From assembly GCA_000004985.1 (NCBI GenBank), contig GG738891.1: DNA of 64,000 nt; one strand, written 5' to 3'. Each line of letters opens with the position of its first letter. Positions within the stretch are counted from its first letter, which is position 1. This document shows positions 1 through 10,266 of this stretch, piece after piece. The position numbers and the translations under genes are program-made. The DNA is from Naegleria gruberi (Eukaryota). A model generated the notes under the pieces. It did no database searches and was not told where the DNA came from. It saw only the letters and a program-made list of their open reading frames with translations.

Positions 1-2026
1 CTTTTGAGAGCTTTTGATTAGCTCTTAAACCCCAACCTCTATTCTTAGTTTTAAAAACACATAATTTAACATTACTTCCTTTTTGCACAACCCTGTTGGG
101 ACAAGTTTCAGAGCACCCACAATCTCTATTGCACTCTAAAATTACATATTTTGTATCAATATCTCTTAACTTTCCACTGTTGTCGTAGTAAACTTCATCA
201 CCTCTTCTAACAGGATTGAATTGACTTGGATCAAATATGTCTGTTCTGAATTCTTGTTGAAGTCTGAGACATTTACAACCCTTTCCACACTTATTTTTAC
301 AATCACATGCTTCAGAGTTTTTAAGAGCTGCCATTACTTCTCTTTGGTCTTCTGTGATTCCTTCACCGTACGTGTTACTTGTTGCATAAGCAAATGGCTC
401 AAATTCAGAAAAATCAACTGCATTTACAACAGGTACGGCTGTCCTAGATTTACCAAGAGAAATATCATCAAAGTAGTAGAAATGAGGAGATCCTTTCTTT
501 TTTCCTAACAGCTCTGGTAAGGTTTCACCATTAATAGTCTTACTAACCATAGATCTTATATAATTAAAGTGCCTACGAATAAATCTCTTCTTATGGTTGA
601 TCAAGTCATCAATTTTGTTGCAGGGATCACTAGGGTCCCTGTTTAAATCATCGTCGTCGTCTTCGCCCTCACTGTCACTTACAGTTATTTTACCCTTATT
701 TGAAAGGAATGACTTGGAGTAAGGATATGCTGATACAGTCTTAGAAATGGCCTTGTCAATCAGCTTGTCAACGTTTTCTAGTGCTTGGTTCAAAATATTT
801 AAATCCATGGTTTCTTCAACATGGAAATTGTTGAACTCTTTCCAATTTAAAGACTTTTCCAAATCACATGCATGTCTCTTTTTTGACTTGATATACTTTT
901 TAATAACCTCTGGATCTCTTCCAAATGAAAGACACACAACGGTCAACCAGTGGACAGGCAGTCTGTCAAATACTTCATTTTTGGACAGCTCATCCAAAAC
1001 ATCCTTTTCTCGTTGAATGAGGTGTGTAGACTTTACAAGGGAACTAAATATTATCCATCTAGTATCCGTTATCACACCGATCATTTGCGATTTAAAATTA
1101 TCATAAACAATTTGAGAAACATTTTCAACTTCAATTATGCCTTGTAAAAATGAATTCAGATAAGACATGATTTGGTCGTGAAGGGCATGCTTTTGATAGT
1201 CGTCCACAACCTCCAAAGCAATTTCACAAGGAGAAGTCATAGAGTCAACTTGAATTGTTCTTTCATCATTTTCCCAATGTGTAATTGACATGTTTTTCTC
1301 TGTAGGTATTCTATACTTCATTCTGAAACCAAAATCACACCTGCTCTCTGTTATAAGAACAGGATTATTTGTGAAATACCCAATGACTGCAAAGTATTTT
1401 TGACCATCATTTCTAGGAGTACAACTTCCAAGATAGATTCCTTTAAATTCCTCAATGTAAACCTCACACAAATATTCAGTAGGATTAAATTTGTGAATTT
1501 GTTCCTTTAGTTGAAGTTTAAATCCAGAGTCACCTTCCCACTCAAACATTTCATGAATCATTTCTTTTTTAATTTCAAAGACCTCTGAGCTTGCATCTGC
1601 ACAAATGTCATAAACAGATGGAGGAATACTATTGTCCACTATAATAATATTCATAAAACTAATCATTTCCAAATACTTTTCCTTGATTTTCATTTGTAAA
1701 GGAGGAGAAATCTTGTTGTTATTACATCGGAACCCATGTCTTGTTAGCCACTCAATCGCACCAGACTTGGTAGAAAAGTTTCTACCGCTCATGTGTTCGA
1801 TCTGACTCCACAGTACGTCAATAGAAATAGCATCACCCTCCAACACTTGTAGAATAAATTTTAAAAAAGATAAAAAGTCTGGGGAATATTGAATTTTCTG
1901 TAATGCTCCACAAACATTTATATCAAATGTTGTTCGGATTGTTTTTTGCTTTTTTGTTTTAGAACCTGTTACCACAACATCAGAATCATCATCCGAACCT
2001 GATGATTGTTTGTTCCGTTTAGACAT
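1..2026 (-). CDS. SET-domain histone-lysine N-methyltransferase, SUV39/Clr4-like (partial; 3' end lies beyond the window edge)
   Basis: Uninterrupted minus-strand frame from the ATG (plus 2026..2024) to position 1, confirmed by manual translation of several segments. It is absent from the ORF track because no stop codon falls inside the window. The translation shows a pre-SET Cys cluster (CDCKNKCGKGCKC ... ECNRDCGCSETCPNRVVQKG) followed by the start of a SET domain (FKTKNRGWGLRANQ) at nt 1..60. No chromodomain is evident in the N-terminal half. Confidence 0.7.
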   Translation of the reverse strand, partial: MSKRNKQSSGSDDDSDVVVTGSKTKKQKTIRTTFDINVCGALQKIQYSPDFLSFLKFILQVLEGDAISIDVLWSQIEHMSGRNFSTKSGAIEWLTRHGFRCNNNKISPPLQMKIKEKYLEMISFMNIIIVDNSIPPSVYDICADASSEVFEIKKEMIHEMFEWEGDSGFKLQLKEQIHKFNPTEYLCEVYIEEFKGIYLGSCTPRNDGQKYFAVIGYFTNNPVLITESRCDFGFRMKYRIPTEKNMSITHWENDERTIQVDSMTSPCEIALEVVDDYQKHALHDQIMSYLNSFLQGIIEVENVSQIVYDNFKSQMIGVITDTRWIIFSSLVKSTHLIQREKDVLDELSKNEVFDRLPVHWLTVVCLSFGRDPEVIKKYIKSKKRHACDLEKSLNWKEFNNFHVEETMDLNILNQALENVDKLIDKAISKTVSAYPYSKSFLSNKGKITVSDSEGEDDDDDLNRDPSDPCNKIDDLINHKKRFIRRHFNYIRSMVSKTINGETLPELLGKKKGSPHFYYFDDISLGKSRTAVPVVNAVDFSEFEPFAYATSNTYGEGITEDQREVMAALKNSEACDCKNKCGKGCKCLRLQQEFRTDIFDPSQFNPVRRGDEVYYDNSGKLRDIDTKYVILECNRDCGCSETCPNRVVQKGSNVKLCVFKTKNRGWGLRANQKLSK

Positions 2027-2372
2027 TTTTTTATCGTTAAAAATTTTAAAATTAAAAAATTTGGCGGGAATATCATGATCCTTAACAGTGAAACCATAAA
2101 AGAATTGTCGTATGCTGAATATTGAGAAATTGAAAAAATCACCATCATGTTGAAAAAATAAACTCCTCCAGTATCTTCATGAGAATACATTTCAACTTAT
2201 TGAAGATCGTTGAGTGGAGATTCTGAACTGTATCTTGTTGGAAATGTATTTTGTTTTAAACTATTTCTCCAAATAAAATTTTCACACCAATTAAGGATTG
2301 AAAAACACTTACCATTACAGTTTCCATATTAAACTCTATAAAGGGCGAGCTTTTCGACTCTACCTTAAAAAA
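2027..2372. promoter_or_regulatory. Divergent intergenic region shared by the SET gene (-) and the secreted-protein gene (+)
   Basis: 346 bp between two divergently oriented start codons. The track ORFs here (1969..2190 -, 2298..2543 +) are spurious or an upstream read-through of exon 1. Confidence 0.35.
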
Positions 2373-3910
2373 ATGTCTAGAGTTTTCTCTTGCTACTCGT
2401 TACTGTTGTTTCTAGTGATTTGTACCTTGTGGATGGCTCAGATGAGTACTTCCCTTGTTCCTGTTAAGCAACCGTATATTATATGGCCAGATTCCAAGAC
2501 AGGAAATGGTAAGTGTTGTGATTTGATGAATGGAAAATCCTAAGATCCAATGTGCAGCTGTTGTTTACTTTAAGAATTCAGGACCTTTCCAAACTGAAGT
2601 TTTGTGGGTTGGTGCTGCAGCATGGAATGATCAATATCAAGTAAGAAATAAGGTTGCTCAATTGGTAAGAGCTGGAATTGTGCCATTCATGTATGTTATT
2701 TAACAAATTGCATCATTAATGATATGATTTTTAAAGTAATTCTTATCAATTCGGAGACAATGGACTTAGAGGAAATTATGATTATGCTGTAAAGTTTGAT
2801 ACAGAAGTTGCCAAAGTAAGTTTATAACAGAGTCAATTGTTTTTAAAGTGAGGAAAGGCGATTGGAAATTCATTTGCTATTATTAATTTGGAAACTGAAT
2901 GGGATGTTGATGAAGTTTTAGGAATTTTCCAATCAAATGCTGGTAAACAATGCTTGTTGGACAGAATTCAAGCTTTCAGAACCTATGCTCCAAATGCTGT
3001 TATTGTGAGCTCACCTGGTCTTTGGAAGCCAGCTTCATCTTATTCATTCTTTGCACCAATTGATAAGAAACTGAATCAAAGAGCAATGTTGAATCATATT
3101 GTCAACTCTTATGATAGTAATTGTGCAAGAACTCCATATGGTGGATTCTGGCAATATGGAGCCAAGTCAGCTAGCTCTGCTATTGAGTTAATGCTTTCCA
3201 ATGTAAACTCTAATTTTCAAAAAATTCAAGATGCTTGGGGTGATGAAGATTATGAATGGATTATGAGTGATGTAGCAGTTACTTCTTGTGGATGGGGAGA
3301 TCAAAACCAAGCCCAAATTCTTCATGAAATTACCAATGTAAGTATTAAGAAAATGCCATACTTGTTATTTAATATCCATTCAATAATTAAGAACATTGAT
3401 TGTTTGTATGCTTCAGGCTTCCGTGGATACGTTTTGAGAAATTCTGGTCCAGATGTTAACGAAAGAGCTATGGGTATTCAAAATGAAGGAATGTTCAAAT
3501 TCACCAGTAATCAATACTCACCAGTTGTTCTTGGAAATGGTTTGAATAAGATGGTTTCATTCTTGAGAGGATCAAGTAAACCAGTTTGTTCTGGTGCTTC
3601 TAGCCCATCAAGTGGTGGAGGTAGTTCTGGAGGTTCTTCACCATCATCTTCCGATTTCACTATTAGAGGAGATCCAGGTATTAATGAATGGTGGGTTGAA
3701 TTATATGTTAATCCAGCTTCAAGTGTTAGATCCATAACTTTCAAATGCAATGGTCTAACAACCACATTGGACAAATCATCTTGGTCAGCAACTCAATTCT
3801 CTAAAGGACTTTCTTCAAGATGTCCAATTGGAACAAAAGCTGAAGTCACAGTTAATGGTCAAAAATACTCTATGGTTTATGGAATTGCTCAACCTGCAAA
3901 GAAAATGTAA
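2373..3910 (+). CDS. Secreted protein: signal peptide, possible glycoside-hydrolase-like domain, Ser/Gly linker, C-terminal beta-rich (carbohydrate-binding-like) domain; 4 exons
   Basis: Model join(2373..2508,2558..2690,2737..2815,2858..3910); introns of 49, 46 and 42 nt (gtaagt..cag, gtatgt..aag, gtaagt..aag), phases consistent, total 1401 nt = 467 codons. Exon 1 encodes a classic signal peptide (MSRVFSCYSLLLFLVICTLWMAQ). Exon 4 contains NLETEWDVDE, then an SSPSSGGGSSGGSSPSSS linker and a C-terminal module with conserved W/C residues. The family assignment is weak. Confidence 0.5.
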
Positions 3911-3982
3911 TTTCTCGAACGAAACCTTATTAAACTTGTATGTTTAAAATTATTATTATCGTAATTTTCTTACTTTAAAAAA

Positions 3983-4405
3983 ATGTCATCAAGAAAGCAA
4001 AGTGCCAAACCAAAAGCCAAATTCAACAAGCCAGAATATTGTTTGAATTTTAGTGCATCGGAAATGATAACAATAACATCAGAAGATGGTTTTCAATTTT
4101 ATATCGATAAGAGATGTGCTTCCTTTTGCAAAAGATTTAGAGAAGGTAAATAATCGTTATAATTTAATGGAGATAGGAAATACAAAAATATTATTACTAA
4201 TACAATAACAATAATCAAAACAGAAATTGATGAAGGAAAAACTGTAATTTGTGTAGACTATCCATCAAATATTGTTGAACAGGTTATTGAATACTTGTAC
4301 TATAAACAAAGATATGATAATGAAGCTGAGAATAGACCTGAATTTCCAATTGATTTATACAACGCTCTCGATTTGATGACTGCAAGTTATGCTTTGGGGT
4401 GTTAA
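3983..4405 (+). CDS. Elongin C (SKP1-fold transcription elongation / E3 ligase adaptor)
   Basis: join(3983..4145,4224..4405); 78-nt intron gtaaat..cag in phase 1. The spliced protein (114 aa) ends ...VICVDYPSNIVEQVIEYLYYKQRYDNEAENRPEFPIDLYNALDLMTASYALGC, closely matching the Elongin C C-terminus. The unspliced ORF is below the track threshold. Confidence 0.8.
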
Positions 4406-4409
4406 TTTC

Positions 4410-6578
4410 TTATTTCAAGAAGTTTTTATTGATTTCTGTAGCTATTTTAACCATTTCAATCTTTGAGTTATGTCTTCTATCGACAGGAAGTGATTTCTGT
4501 TGAACGAATCTAATAGCTATATTTGTAAATAATTTTGGAGCATTTGGAAGAACTTGTTTTCTCCAAAAATCTTCCATATCTGAAATGCTAATACTCTCAT
4601 TACCAAATGTCTCAAATACAATTGCAATTTCCTTAAATACCAATTCATTATATTTAGATGTGAAATTCTTTTCATTCATCTTAAGTTGTACGCTATCATT
4701 TCCACTGATTGGTGAATATCCTACACAAGCACATCTTCTAATATTTGAATACTTGTTGTAAAAGGCGTGTTCAATACAAGGTGGAGCTATCATGTGTTTT
4801 CTTTCATTTTCCAATGCAATATGGAACATGTGGCTCAATCTTCCACAATACCAAAGCATTTTGTTCTCGTCCATGTAGCCAATATCTCCTGTTTTGTGGT
4901 AAAGAATTCCATTTATCATCTCCTTACTTGTCTTCATTGCATTGTCGTCAAGCTCATATCTTGGACTAATGGCAGATCCACCAACCCAAATTTCACCAAT
5001 ATTGGATGTTGAAACATATTCTTGATTTCTAATCAAAATTGTAATGTTTGGACATTCCTTGCCAACACAATATCCCTTTGTAATACTGTATATTTCGCTA
5101 TCTGATGTGTAAATATTATCCAACTCATATGTATTAGTCAAACAAATGGGTAACCCCTCAGTAGCTCCATAAGTTGGGAAAATTGCTGGCTCACTTGATT
5201 CTTTTGAGGCCCATTTTCTTAATTTTTGATGAAGTGAATAAGGAGCTACAGAACCGCCACATAACAATACCTCCAGCGGTGGAGAGATAGTATTCTCTTC
5301 TTTGATTGACCCAGCAGCTTCATTCATTTTCTTGCAATAATCAATTACTTCCATCCATACAATAGGAGAGCAAAATCCCATTCTTGGATAAAATACATTC
5401 AAGGCGTTGATGTAGTGCTTGGAGTTAACACTAGCTGGGCTTGCCAAATTAAAAGGTGGAACAATTGCTGTCAATCCCATACAGTTTACACATAAAGTCA
5501 TTACTGTGTTGTGATTGATTACTCTGTCTTGTCTTCCTTTTATGAGATATGGCCTCATTAATTCGTTAAAGCTATATATTTGATTCTTTAACATTCCGTG
5601 AGTAATGTGAACAAGCTTTGGAATACCTGTAGTTCCAGTTGTATTGACAATAACTACAGTTTCGTCATCATCAAATTGGTAGAGATTTTCATCATTTTCC
5701 TCTGGTTCAATTTGTAGCTTTTCAACATTAACAATTTTTGTAATTTTCTTCCATTCTGGACGATTCTTGCTCAGTAAATTGAAAGCTCTATCAGAAGGTG
5801 TAAATAGCAAAACCTTTTTAGCAATATTGAGGAATTGTCTCTTTTTGAACAAGCTTGCGGCTTGAATCACTAAATAAATAAGTGGTGAAACAATTACAGC
5901 GTCAATATTCAATTTAGGAATCCACTCAAGGAAACTATCAATTCCACATTCATTAGGGTTCAATACAAGAATTTCTTGACCAGTTTGAATCAATGAAAAT
6001 ACCAATGGAACAAGTTGAATATCGTTTGGATCAACTAGAATAATGACTCTATTTTTGTTCTTATCCTTCAATTCATTTCCAATAACTCTATTATAAAATC
6101 TAATTGATTTTCTAACTTGATGAAAGGTCATTGAATTGTTTGTATCATTAATTTTGTAAAGATAATCAGCTGGATATAAATTGATTTTTCCAAGAGCAAA
6201 AAATATCAAAAAAGGTGTAAATAATAATGCCTTTTGATAACCTTCCAAATAATAAAACAGTAAAATGAAAATAGTCCACCCAGTCAAATAATAAATAAAT
6301 TTGTTAAATTTAACATTAGTTGGATAATGAAGAGCAGGTACTTCTGGATCTTTTTCCGCAACTTGTTCAAATAATTTTCCTAAAACATTATTAGGTTTGA
6401 TTTTTTGTTTAGATCGATCTCTTGGTGGAGGAAGAGGTGGTTGTTGAGCAATATTTTCTTGATCACTATCAATTGAAATTGTTGATTGTTCATAGCTTGC
6501 ATCTTCTTCATCGGAAAATTCAATTAAAGCTTCTTTTGTTTTACCAGAGGAAGCAATGCCTTCTCTTGAAATTGGCAT
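4410..6578 (-). CDS. AMP-dependent synthetase/ligase (long-chain acyl-CoA synthetase-like) with an acidic/Pro-rich, 2-TM N-terminal extension
   Basis: 722-aa single exon. AMP-binding P-loop motif NTTGTTGIPKLVHITHGML plus a downstream adenylate-forming core (YKTGDIGYMDENKMLWYCGR). The stop lies 4 bp from the Elongin C stop (convergent). Confidence 0.8.
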   Translation of the reverse strand: MPISREGIASSGKTKEALIEFSDEEDASYEQSTISIDSDQENIAQQPPLPPPRDRSKQKIKPNNVLGKLFEQVAEKDPEVPALHYPTNVKFNKFIYYLTGWTIFILLFYYLEGYQKALLFTPFLIFFALGKINLYPADYLYKINDTNNSMTFHQVRKSIRFYNRVIGNELKDKNKNRVIILVDPNDIQLVPLVFSLIQTGQEILVLNPNECGIDSFLEWIPKLNIDAVIVSPLIYLVIQAASLFKKRQFLNIAKKVLLFTPSDRAFNLLSKNRPEWKKITKIVNVEKLQIEPEENDENLYQFDDDETVVIVNTTGTTGIPKLVHITHGMLKNQIYSFNELMRPYLIKGRQDRVINHNTVMTLCVNCMGLTAIVPPFNLASPASVNSKHYINALNVFYPRMGFCSPIVWMEVIDYCKKMNEAAGSIKEENTISPPLEVLLCGGSVAPYSLHQKLRKWASKESSEPAIFPTYGATEGLPICLTNTYELDNIYTSDSEIYSITKGYCVGKECPNITILIRNQEYVSTSNIGEIWVGGSAISPRYELDDNAMKTSKEMINGILYHKTGDIGYMDENKMLWYCGRLSHMFHIALENERKHMIAPPCIEHAFYNKYSNIRRCACVGYSPISGNDSVQLKMNEKNFTSKYNELVFKEIAIVFETFGNESISISDMEDFWRKQVLPNAPKLFTNIAIRFVQQKSLPVDRRHNSKIEMVKIATEINKNFLK

Positions 6579-6747
6579 TTTTATTTTTAAATTATTTAAA
6601 TAAAAGATAATCCGAATTATTTAAGAAGAACTAATTGTTGACCACATGAGGCATTTCTACTTTTTATTTGGGTTTTTGATCTTTCTTTTATGGCTTATAG
6701 GGTTAAGTTCAAGTATACAACAGTTCCTCAATTATGGATCAAAGAAA

Positions 6748-8463
6748 TTATTGATCGTTTTGACCGTGTTCAACCAAAACTTTGACAGCTTCCTTAATCT
6801 TTTGATTGAGAGCATCAGTAGATTCAATCAATGTCAAAATATCAGAAACTTCCATATCCAAGAGCATACCAGTAATCTTTGGTGCATTCTTTGGTTCTCT
6901 CAAGTGAACGAGTGGGAAAAGTCTTTCACCCAACAATTGCTTTTGATCTTGTTCGCTAAGCTTAGCCAAGTATTCAGCAGTCAATTGATCGGATGGAGCT
7001 TGTGTAGTTTGAGCTTCTTGAGTGTTTGGAGTAGTTTGTTGTGGTTGTTCTCTTGGTTGATTACGAGCATTGTTGTTGTATTTAATACGACCAGCATTCT
7101 TGGCAGTATTAGCATTACCACCACGAGCACCTCTTTGTGATGAACCACCACGAGACATACCACCACGGTTTTGGTTGGATTGACGACCACCAGCAACTGG
7201 TTGCCAACGTGGCTTAATTTGACTTCCTGGAGGTGGGAAAGCACCTTGAGCAGGAATGAAGAATTGTGGCATCATTTGTGGGATCATTTGTGGTTGTTTT
7301 CTAGCATTGTATTGAGCCTCGAGTTGTGAACGACGGAGTTCCTTTGGTTGAGCAAAGTTAACGTAAAGTGGTTTAGATCCAATCATGTGACCAGACATTT
7401 CAGTCAAAGCCTTGTTGGCAGCTTCTGGAGTCTTGAAACAGACGAAACCAAATCCTCTACTTTGCTTGTTATCAGACATAACTTTAGCAGATGTAATATC
7501 ACCAAACTTAGAGAATTCTTGTCTCAATCTTTCATCATCAACAGAATCATCCAAATTTTTAACATAGAGATTCAAACCCTTATATTTGTTAACCTTTTCT
7601 TGCTTCAATTTTTGGAAATATTCCTTCAATTTAGCTCTTCTTTCGTTCTTCTTTTGTGCTCTTCCAACAAACAACTTCTTATTTTTGAAATCCTTTTCAT
7701 TCATCTCATCAATAGCGATAAGTGCTGAAGCGTGATCAGCAAAGTTAATAAAACCGAATTCCTTTGAAGCGCCGTTTTCTCCTCTCATAACGACAGCATT
7801 TTGAATTTCTCCAAACTTTGAGAAAACTTCTGAGAGTTCCTTTTCATCAACAGATGCATCAAGGTTCTTAACATAAATATTGGTGAATGAATCTTCATTG
7901 CTCAAAATCTTCAAACGTTCGGTCTTCTTTACAAATGGTCCAACGAAAACTTGTTTACCGTTTAACAACATTCCGTTAATTTTAGCAATAGCCTTTTCAG
8001 CAGCTTCTTGTGTTTCAAAGTGAACAAAACCATAGCCAGCTGATTCGACGTTATCGCCACCATTATCACCCTTCTTTGTTGCTTGACAAACCTTACAGGA
8101 CAAAATGTTACCAAAGGCAGAGAATGTATCATAAAGAGCCTTGTTATCAATTGATTTATCCAAGTTCTTGATGAAGATATTTCCAATACCACTTTTACGA
8201 ATTGATGGATCTCTTTGTGACCACATAATACGGATTGGAATACCCTTTACACTAGCATAATTCAAGGTATCGAGAGCTCTCTCGGCATCTTGTGGATTTT
8301 GGAAATTTACATAAGCATATCCAAGAGATTTACGAGTCATAGCATCTCTGCAGATACGGATGGAAATAATTGGACCAACTTCATGGAAAAGGTCAAACAA
8401 GAGAGCTTCAGAAATTTCTTCGTGCAAGTCTCCGACGTAAAGAGAAGCAGAACTATAGTTCAT
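6748..8463 (-). CDS. pabpc1: Polyadenylate-binding protein (PABP), cytoplasmic type
   Basis: 571-aa single exon. Four RRMs (RNP1 KGYGFVHF / RGFGFVCF-type motifs), a Gln/Pro/Gly-rich linker and a C-terminal PABC/MLLE domain (KITGMLLDMEVSDILTLIES). Confidence 0.9.
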   Translation of the reverse strand: MNYSSASLYVGDLHEEISEALLFDLFHEVGPIISIRICRDAMTRKSLGYAYVNFQNPQDAERALDTLNYASVKGIPIRIMWSQRDPSIRKSGIGNIFIKNLDKSIDNKALYDTFSAFGNILSCKVCQATKKGDNGGDNVESAGYGFVHFETQEAAEKAIAKINGMLLNGKQVFVGPFVKKTERLKILSNEDSFTNIYVKNLDASVDEKELSEVFSKFGEIQNAVVMRGENGASKEFGFINFADHASALIAIDEMNEKDFKNKKLFVGRAQKKNERRAKLKEYFQKLKQEKVNKYKGLNLYVKNLDDSVDDERLRQEFSKFGDITSAKVMSDNKQSRGFGFVCFKTPEAANKALTEMSGHMIGSKPLYVNFAQPKELRRSQLEAQYNARKQPQMIPQMMPQFFIPAQGAFPPPGSQIKPRWQPVAGGRQSNQNRGGMSRGGSSQRGARGGNANTAKNAGRIKYNNNARNQPREQPQQTTPNTQEAQTTQAPSDQLTAEYLAKLSEQDQKQLLGERLFPLVHLREPKNAPKITGMLLDMEVSDILTLIESTDALNQKIKEAVKVLVEHGQNDQ

Positions 8464-8916
8464 TGTGTAAATTTATAAGAGGTTTTAGAGGAAGAAACCG
8501 AAGCTGTTTGCGACGAGGTATTTTTTCGAAAGAAAAATCGCAATTATTTAGAGTCAACCTAGTCCTTGCCATTCTTACAACGTTGGCCGCTCTAAAAAAT
8601 GCCAACCACGTAAAATTTTTTAAGAACAAAAATTATTGGGCTTGATGGAAACGTGTTATGTGACAAGGCAATAAAGGCAAGTGGCAAACACATCAAAATT
8701 TACCTTCAAGTCTTTGGTTGAAGTAAGACAAAGGTGTTGTGAGAGTTTAGGTAGCAAAGAATAATTTGCAGAAAAACTGAAGGTCCTCATTAGTAACATT
8801 GGACGTAGACAGTATACTACTAGATCGATAGGCCATCTAACAGGAATCCAAATGGAGAACTGATTTTTATTCTTCTCCTCTTCCGATGAGAAAAGTAGTA
8901 ACATTGAACAAAAAAG
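8464..8916. promoter_or_regulatory. Bidirectional promoter and 5'UTR region between PABP (-) and an F-box-like gene (+)
   Basis: 453 bp between divergent ATGs. It is noticeably GC-richer and less repetitive than other spacers. The PABP-sense strand carries short A-runs (possible oligo(A) autoregulatory element, unproven). Overlapping track ORFs (8290..8478, 8370..8645, 8656..8904, 8820..9068) are judged spurious. Confidence 0.35.
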
Positions 8917-10044
8917 ATGGGCAATTCCTCATCATCAAAGTCGTCAATATCAACCTCTCTATTTAATGAAGCGGATGAAGAGGAATACGAGGAAGAACAT
9001 GAGGAAGTAAAAGAAAGACCAAGAAGATGGTTGTTGGATTCTAGTTTTGAAGAAGATAATGCCATCACAGAAAGTGAAATTAAATCGGGTGGAGGAGAGG
9101 AAACTTTCCATGCTTTGTTACAGAACGAGGAAATAATATCACGAATCTTGATGATGTATTGTATAGATTTGTTGGATAATCTACTGACCTTGAGATTAGT
9201 GAATCGATCTTTTATGAAAATTGTTGATCAATTTAATTTTATTTCATTTCATGTATTTGAAAATGCGTCAATCGAATATGTTGTTGATGATGAAGATGTA
9301 AAACAACAACAATTAACATGTAAGCGAATGAGACTTGTTAGGAAAATTCTTGAAAATATAACTAGCAATAAGAGGCAAGATCTACCATGCTTTTTATCAA
9401 ACATCAGTAATAAGAGAGATTTATTATTTACATTTAATTTAAAGGAACGAGAGAATATTACAAAAATTTCAAATCCTTTTTTACAAATTTCAAAATACTT
9501 GAGTACTGGAAAGATGGATCAATATTTTCTAATTCCTTCTATTGAAATTTATTTGGAAATTAATCAATCATCTGTTCCTGTTCACTTTAACATGCTTTTA
9601 ATATCAGAGGAAACATCAAGTTTTGAAGAATATTTATTTAGATATTCCATTTCAATATCAGAGGAAGATGAATGGGAGACTAAGGTTTTTCCAATGCATA
9701 AGAGACAATTCTTTTCGAGTCCAAAGAATAATGCTCATCAAGTTCAACCAATAATTAATCGATCCAATAATAGTATTAATAATACGCAGAAAATCAAAAA
9801 CAGAGGAAAATACAAGATTGTATTTTCATTTTCCAATAATTTTCAATTACACATTTCAACAATAGATATTCAACATAATTACTCCAAAAGCATAGATATA
9901 GTTCCTCTATTATCGGAGGATTATCAGAACAAACAATTGGCAACAATTCAAAATTTGATTAGAGATGTGAAAATTTCATGTTCCTCATCTGATTTGAACA
10001 TTTGCAAGAGGGTTTCTTTCAAAACAAGTTTTGGCATTTCCTGA
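8917..10044 (+). CDS. F-box-like protein with N-terminal myristoylation consensus (MGNSSSSK)
   Basis: 375-aa single exon. Begins with Met-Gly-x-x-x-Ser. Has an acidic stretch, then an F-box-like helix pattern (LQNEEIISRILMMYCIDLLDNLLTLRLVNRSFMKIV). No other recognisable domain. Confidence 0.5.
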   Translation: MGNSSSSKSSISTSLFNEADEEEYEEEHEEVKERPRRWLLDSSFEEDNAITESEIKSGGGEETFHALLQNEEIISRILMMYCIDLLDNLLTLRLVNRSFMKIVDQFNFISFHVFENASIEYVVDDEDVKQQQLTCKRMRLVRKILENITSNKRQDLPCFLSNISNKRDLLFTFNLKERENITKISNPFLQISKYLSTGKMDQYFLIPSIEIYLEINQSSVPVHFNMLLISEETSSFEEYLFRYSISISEEDEWETKVFPMHKRQFFSSPKNNAHQVQPIINRSNNSINNTQKIKNRGKYKIVFSFSNNFQLHISTIDIQHNYSKSIDIVPLLSEDYQNKQLATIQNLIRDVKISCSSSDLNICKRVSFKTSFGIS

Positions 10045-10266
10045 GGAATATCAGATTATTACAGGTTAACTTGTCCTATTTTCAATAAAAGCTTTCAAAG
10101 TTGTTTGTTCTTATGATAATTTATTAACAGGGTAAATTAAACTCACAGAATATCATTTTAAATTTAGCGCCATTTTTGCTTCCCGCCATTAAAAAATGAA
10201 AAATACTCTCGTTACAAGATTTAATAGCTTAACGAACAATGACTTGCCGCTCAGATTTGCTGGTGG

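Noticed and set aside
2641-2652. GTAAGA at 2641 as the donor for intron 2 of the secreted-protein gene
   Set aside because: No phase-compatible acceptor avoids an immediate stop. The read-through frame to the GTATGT donor at 2691 gives a continuous protein-like exon.
3340-3420. GTAAGT...TTCAG segment inside exon 4 of the secreted-protein gene, which looks like an 80-nt intron
   Set aside because: Donor and acceptor phases are incompatible with the flanking frame (phase 0 versus phase 1). Removing the segment introduces a stop, whereas reading through keeps the ORF open.
6422-8645. Track ORFs 6422..6610, 6646..7140, 6981..7244, 7348..7728, 7962..8192, 8290..8478, 8370..8645 around the PABP gene
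   Set aside because: They overlap the well-supported PABP CDS on the opposite strand or a shifted frame and have no homology. They are byproducts of an intronless, GC-balanced gene.
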